Shown here: positions 60,759 to 64,000 of the stretch, piece after piece
How the letters are laid out: the number at the start of each line of letters is the position of its first letter
How positions within the stretch are numbered: the first letter of the stretch is position 1
Assembly: GCA_963768655.1 (NCBI GenBank)
Contig: CAVYIM010000003.1
Span: forward strand, 704,001-768,000
Reading direction: 5' to 3'
From: an uncultured Chloroflexia bacterium
GTDB lineage: Bacteria; Chloroflexota; Limnocylindria; Limnocylindrales; CSP1-4
Length of the DNA: 64,000 bases
The notes under the pieces: generated by a model
What the model was told of the DNA's origin: nothing
The model's input: the letters and a program-made list of their open reading frames with translations, nothing else
Databases searched by the model: none
Position numbers and translations under genes: made by a program

Positions 60759-61610
60759 TTGGTTTTCCCCGAGATCGAAAAGGGCACCGGCGGCAACGCC
60801 GTTCGGATCAAGCGTCAGCTGTCTGAATTGGCGATAGCTCATGCCTCGGACGGGCACTGGGCGGAGGCCGCGGACACCAACCGCAAGATCCTGGAGATGG
60901 GACCCGACGCCGAGGCCGAGAACCGCCTGGCCAAATCCCTGTGGGAGCTGGGCGAGCTGGGCGAAGCGCGCGAGCACTACCAGATCGCACTCGCCCTGGA
61001 TCCGACGAATCGCATCGCCGAGCGCAACATCGAGCGCCTGAGGGTGCTGATGAGCGAGGCCGGCGACAAGACCGTGGCCGCGGAGAAGGCCGGCAAGGCG
61101 CCCGTCGCCATCTTCGTCGAAGAGACCGGCAAGACCGGCTTCGCGATGCTCACGGACCTGGCCGCGCCCCGAACCCTCGCCCACGTCAACCCGGGCGACG
61201 CGGTCGAGTTGCTTCCCGAAGGCAATCGGCTCTTCGCCGTGGCCAACGGAACTCGCATCGGGATCGTCGAGCCACGCGTCGCGGCCCGGCTGCTCAAGCT
61301 GGTAGCCGACGGCAACAAGTACTCGGCCGGGATCACCTCGCTGGGCGACCGCGATGTCCGCATCGTGATCCGCGAGATCTTCCAGGACCCCCGCAACTAC
61401 GGCAAGGTCAGCTTCCCCACCGCCGCCCGATCGTCGGACCTGCGCCCCTACACGAAGGGCACGCTCCTGCGCGAGGAGGAGCTGATGGAGGAGGAGCTCG
61501 AGGACGACGAGGAAGACGAGGAGATCGAGGACCTCGACCGCGTCCTTCCGGCCGAAGTCACCGGCGACGAGGCCTTCGAAGAGGAGCCCGACGAGCTCGA
61601 GGAGCCATAG
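60759..61610 (+). CDS. TPR protein with HIRAN-like central domain and highly acidic tail
   Basis: TPR helices (AENRLAKSLWELGELGEAREHYQIALALDPTN); E/D-rich C-terminus. TTG 60759 follows GAAAGGA. Confidence 0.8.
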   Translation: MVFPEIEKGTGGNAVRIKRQLSELAIAHASDGHWAEAADTNRKILEMGPDAEAENRLAKSLWELGELGEAREHYQIALALDPTNRIAERNIERLRVLMSEAGDKTVAAEKAGKAPVAIFVEETGKTGFAMLTDLAAPRTLAHVNPGDAVELLPEGNRLFAVANGTRIGIVEPRVAARLLKLVADGNKYSAGITSLGDRDVRIVIREIFQDPRNYGKVSFPTAARSSDLRPYTKGTLLREEELMEEELEDDEEDEEIEDLDRVLPAEVTGDEAFEEEPDELEEP

Positions 61611-61714
61611 GCCGGACTTCGCCCCGTAGAAGGTGCGGGTCGGCCGTAGCACCGACCGCCGAAAGGGCGTCGGCCCGCGTTGGATCGACCGCCCGCGATT
61701 GTCGTGGCCGCCAA

Positions 61715-61787
61715 CGCGCGCTCGCGTCTCGCGCGTCGCTGATGATCGCGCGCTCGCGTCTCACGCGCTCGCGTCGCGCGCGCTCGC
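61715..61787. repeat. Cluster of CGCGC(GC)TCGCGTC direct repeats
   Basis: CGCGCGCTCGCGTCTC at 61715-61730 and 61747-61762, with partial copies at 61764-61775 and 61776-61787. Confidence 0.7.
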
Positions 61788-61870
61788 CGGGCGGGCCGCT
61801 CGACATCCATCGACGCCATGACTTCGCGCGCGGCCGATCCGGCCCGGCACGCGTCTGTCACAATTGGCGC

Positions 61871-64000
61871 ATGGTCGGGCGCGCCGTCACCAACCGCGCC
61901 GAACGGCGCAGCGAAGGCAGCTCTTTGCTGCCCATCTTCGATCGACTCGCTCCGCCGGCTCCGATCGCGGACATCACCGCCCAGATCGAGGCGTGGACCA
62001 AGCCGGGCGAGGTCGTCCTCGACCTGAGCGGCCGTGGCGGCTGGGTCGCTCGGGCTGCGATAGCCGGCCAGCGTCGTGCCGCGGACCTCGAATCCCTGTC
62101 GCTGACGCGCCTCCTGGCCGATGTGGTGGTGCGCTCGCCCGACGTCCGCCATCTCGAAGCTGCGGCCCAGGCCATCTCGATCAGGCCGCTCCTGGACGCC
62201 ACGGTCAAGAAGACCATCGAGCAACTCTTCGCCAGCACGTGCCCGGTCTGCGGACGATCCGTCGTCCTCGAGTCCCTCGTTTGGGGGCCCGGCGATGGGC
62301 GCGGCGGGACCGGCGCCGGGCGCGGCACCGCAAAGTCGGGCGGCGCGGCGAAGCCGGGCACGACGGCGTCGGTCGCGGCCAGGCCGGGCGGCGCGGCCGC
62401 TGCGGGCAAAGCCCGGGAACGTGCCACCCGGCGTGAGTTCCGGTGCGCAACCTGCCAGCAGCCAGACGGCGGGGAGTTGCGTCACGCCGAACCCACTCCG
62501 GACGACCTGACTCGCGCGGCCTTTGTGGACCTTCCGGATACGGTGCGCGAAAGCCTGCGCAAACGGTTCCCGGCGCCGCCCGGGCCGCCGGACGTTGGTC
62601 TCCCCGACCAGCTCGTGGACCTGCATACGGCGCGGCAGCTGCTCGGCCTCAACGCGATCCTCGAGGGCATCGAGCTCGAGACGCGTTCGGCACCGATGAC
62701 GGCCGCCCTGCGGCTGGCATTCCTTCACGCCGTGGCGTCCGCCAGCAGGCTCAACTCGTACCGTGGCCGCCCCCAGGCGCTTCGAATCTCGAGGGGCGCG
62801 GTCCGCCTGCCGGCGGCTCACGCCTGGCGCGAGAGGAACCCGTGGCTCGCGTTCGAGGAAGGGCTGGCGATGGTGCGAAGCTTCGTCGTGCGCCTGGAAT
62901 CGGACGAGAAACGGTCGGTGGCGGCCCGCCTCGCCTCGGATCTGATGGAGCTCCAGGAGGGGACTTCCAACGTGGTGCTGGGCGAGGCGACGCCGGGATC
63001 GCTGAGGCGGATCGGTCTTGCGGGCGAGCGCATCGCGCACTCCGGCACGCCCTCGCGGGTCCGGCTCGTCGTCGGCCAGGTCCCGCTGCGACTGACCCAC
63101 GGCCGGCTCGCGGAGGCATACCACGAGACGGCCTGGGCCCTGGGGGCCGGCGCGGCCTCGCTGCTGCCCTTCGAGGAGCTGTTCCGGCCGGTGCCGCGCG
63201 CCGGCCGCCGGAGCGCGGCCGAGGATCTGGCCCGCTCGCTGGGGCGGTCGCTCGCAATCGCCACTCCGGCGCTCGCCCAGAACGGCCGCGCCGTGGTGCT
63301 CCTCGACGATGCCGAGCCGCGAACATTGGTCGCGGCGGCAATCGGCGGAGCGGCGGCTGGATGCCGCCTGATCGACGCTCGCCTGCACCGCAGCGACGAA
63401 GACAGCCCGGCCGTGGCCGTCTTCGTGCCGTCAACCGGAGTCGTCGCGCCGGGGCCTCGCACCCGTGCCAATCGGCCACTCCCGCCGCTCGAAGGAGGCG
63501 CGGGCGATCCGGGCACGGTCACCGGGCCAGGCGTCTTCGCCGCTCCGGAGAAGCTCGGCGAGGGGCCGTTTCGCCATCCGGCTGCGGCGCAGGCCGTCAA
63601 CGACACAGCCATCGAGCTGCTCAAGGCCCGGGGCGAGCCGGCCTGCTTCGAACACATGCTGGGCGATCTGCTGGTTGGGCTGGATCGCTCGGGGCAGCTG
63701 GCCCGCTTCGCCCGCCAGTTCCGGCCGCCCCGCGCCGACCAGGGCTGGGACGCGTGGGTCGACATCGATGGCGATCCGTCGGCGGCCCCCGGCGCGTCGG
63801 CCGCCCCAGGCGCGTCGGCCGCTCCCGGCGCGTCGGCCGCCCCAGGCGCGTCGGCCGCTCCCGGCGCGTCGGCCGCCCCAGGCGCGTCGGCCGCTCCCGG
63901 CGCGTCGGCCACAACCGGGTCGGCCGCCGGGCAGCCGCCGGCCGGCGCGGCATCAGCCGTTCCCGGCAGGTCGGCCGCCTCGAAGGAACCCGCCGGTGAC
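61871..64000 (+). CDS. Large DNA-methyltransferase-like protein with Zn ribbon and degenerate catalytic motifs (3' truncated; absent from the ORF track)
   Basis: Hand-translated frame, no stop seen: IEAWTKPGEVVLDLSGRGG, CPVC...CATC, ERNPW..F, VRLVVGQVP, ALAQNGRAVVLL. CACAAT lies 6 nt before the ATG. Confidence 0.75.
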   Translation, partial: MVGRAVTNRAERRSEGSSLLPIFDRLAPPAPIADITAQIEAWTKPGEVVLDLSGRGGWVARAAIAGQRRAADLESLSLTRLLADVVVRSPDVRHLEAAAQAISIRPLLDATVKKTIEQLFASTCPVCGRSVVLESLVWGPGDGRGGTGAGRGTAKSGGAAKPGTTASVAARPGGAAAAGKARERATRREFRCATCQQPDGGELRHAEPTPDDLTRAAFVDLPDTVRESLRKRFPAPPGPPDVGLPDQLVDLHTARQLLGLNAILEGIELETRSAPMTAALRLAFLHAVASASRLNSYRGRPQALRISRGAVRLPAAHAWRERNPWLAFEEGLAMVRSFVVRLESDEKRSVAARLASDLMELQEGTSNVVLGEATPGSLRRIGLAGERIAHSGTPSRVRLVVGQVPLRLTHGRLAEAYHETAWALGAGAASLLPFEELFRPVPRAGRRSAAEDLARSLGRSLAIATPALAQNGRAVVLLDDAEPRTLVAAAIGGAAAGCRLIDARLHRSDEDSPAVAVFVPSTGVVAPGPRTRANRPLPPLEGGAGDPGTVTGPGVFAAPEKLGEGPFRHPAAAQAVNDTAIELLKARGEPACFEHMLGDLLVGLDRSGQLARFARQFRPPRADQGWDAWVDIDGDPSAAPGASAAPGASAAPGASAAPGASAAPGASAAPGASAAPGASATTGSAAGQPPAGAASAVPGRSAASKEPAGD
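63779..63910 (+). repeat. 18-bp tandem repeat x7 encoding SAAPGA, with alternating variants (36-bp higher-order unit)
   Basis: TCGGCCGCCCCAGGCGCG alternates with TCGGCCGCTCCCGGCGCG. Confidence 0.92.

Noticed and set aside
63779-63910. Possible CRISPR array
   Set aside because: The units are contiguous with no spacers and are in frame within a CDS, so this is a coding VNTR.
61448-63999. Long ORF-track calls 61448..63388 (-), 62443..63999 (+) and 62818..63912 (-)
   Set aside because: These are shadow frames of the real gene starting at 61871, with Arg/Gly/Pro-rich noise and no motifs.

Overview
High-GC bacterial chromosomal window. The gene content (LCP, DUF3048, PolX-PHP, TPR/acidic-tail protein, Zn-ribbon MTase-like protein, no outer-membrane export genes) suggests a monoderm, probably Chloroflexota; this is inference. 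1-6.1 kb is a type II fatty-acid synthesis operon (accC, fabZ, a metallophosphoesterase, fabF, accB, fabH, fabG). 6.3-50.5 kb is a mosaic cell-surface glycan region: LCP, DUF3048, a WbdD-like methyltransferase/kinase, two Wzy/WaaL-like proteins, TagA/WecG, WecA and priming transferases, three flippases, six GT4s, GT2, GT39, gmd/fcl/rmd plus a second-gmd remnant, three NDP-sugar dehydrogenases, and a secreted beta-helix protein. 50.5-64 kb holds an NRMT-type NRAMP coupled to a membrane-less MgtE behind a structured, RBS-occluding leader, a GGDEF protein, PolX, a kelch lipoprotein, a HipA-like kinase/DUF3037 pair, a TPR-HIRAN-like protein, and a degenerate DNA-MTase-like gene missed by the ORF track. 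Three genes carry single-base frameshifts, possibly read errors. Many transcripts look leaderless, and several begin with short leaderless ORFs that stop on the next gene's start codon. I saw no tRNA, rRNA, CRISPR array or IS element. All family calls come from motif recognition, not database searches.
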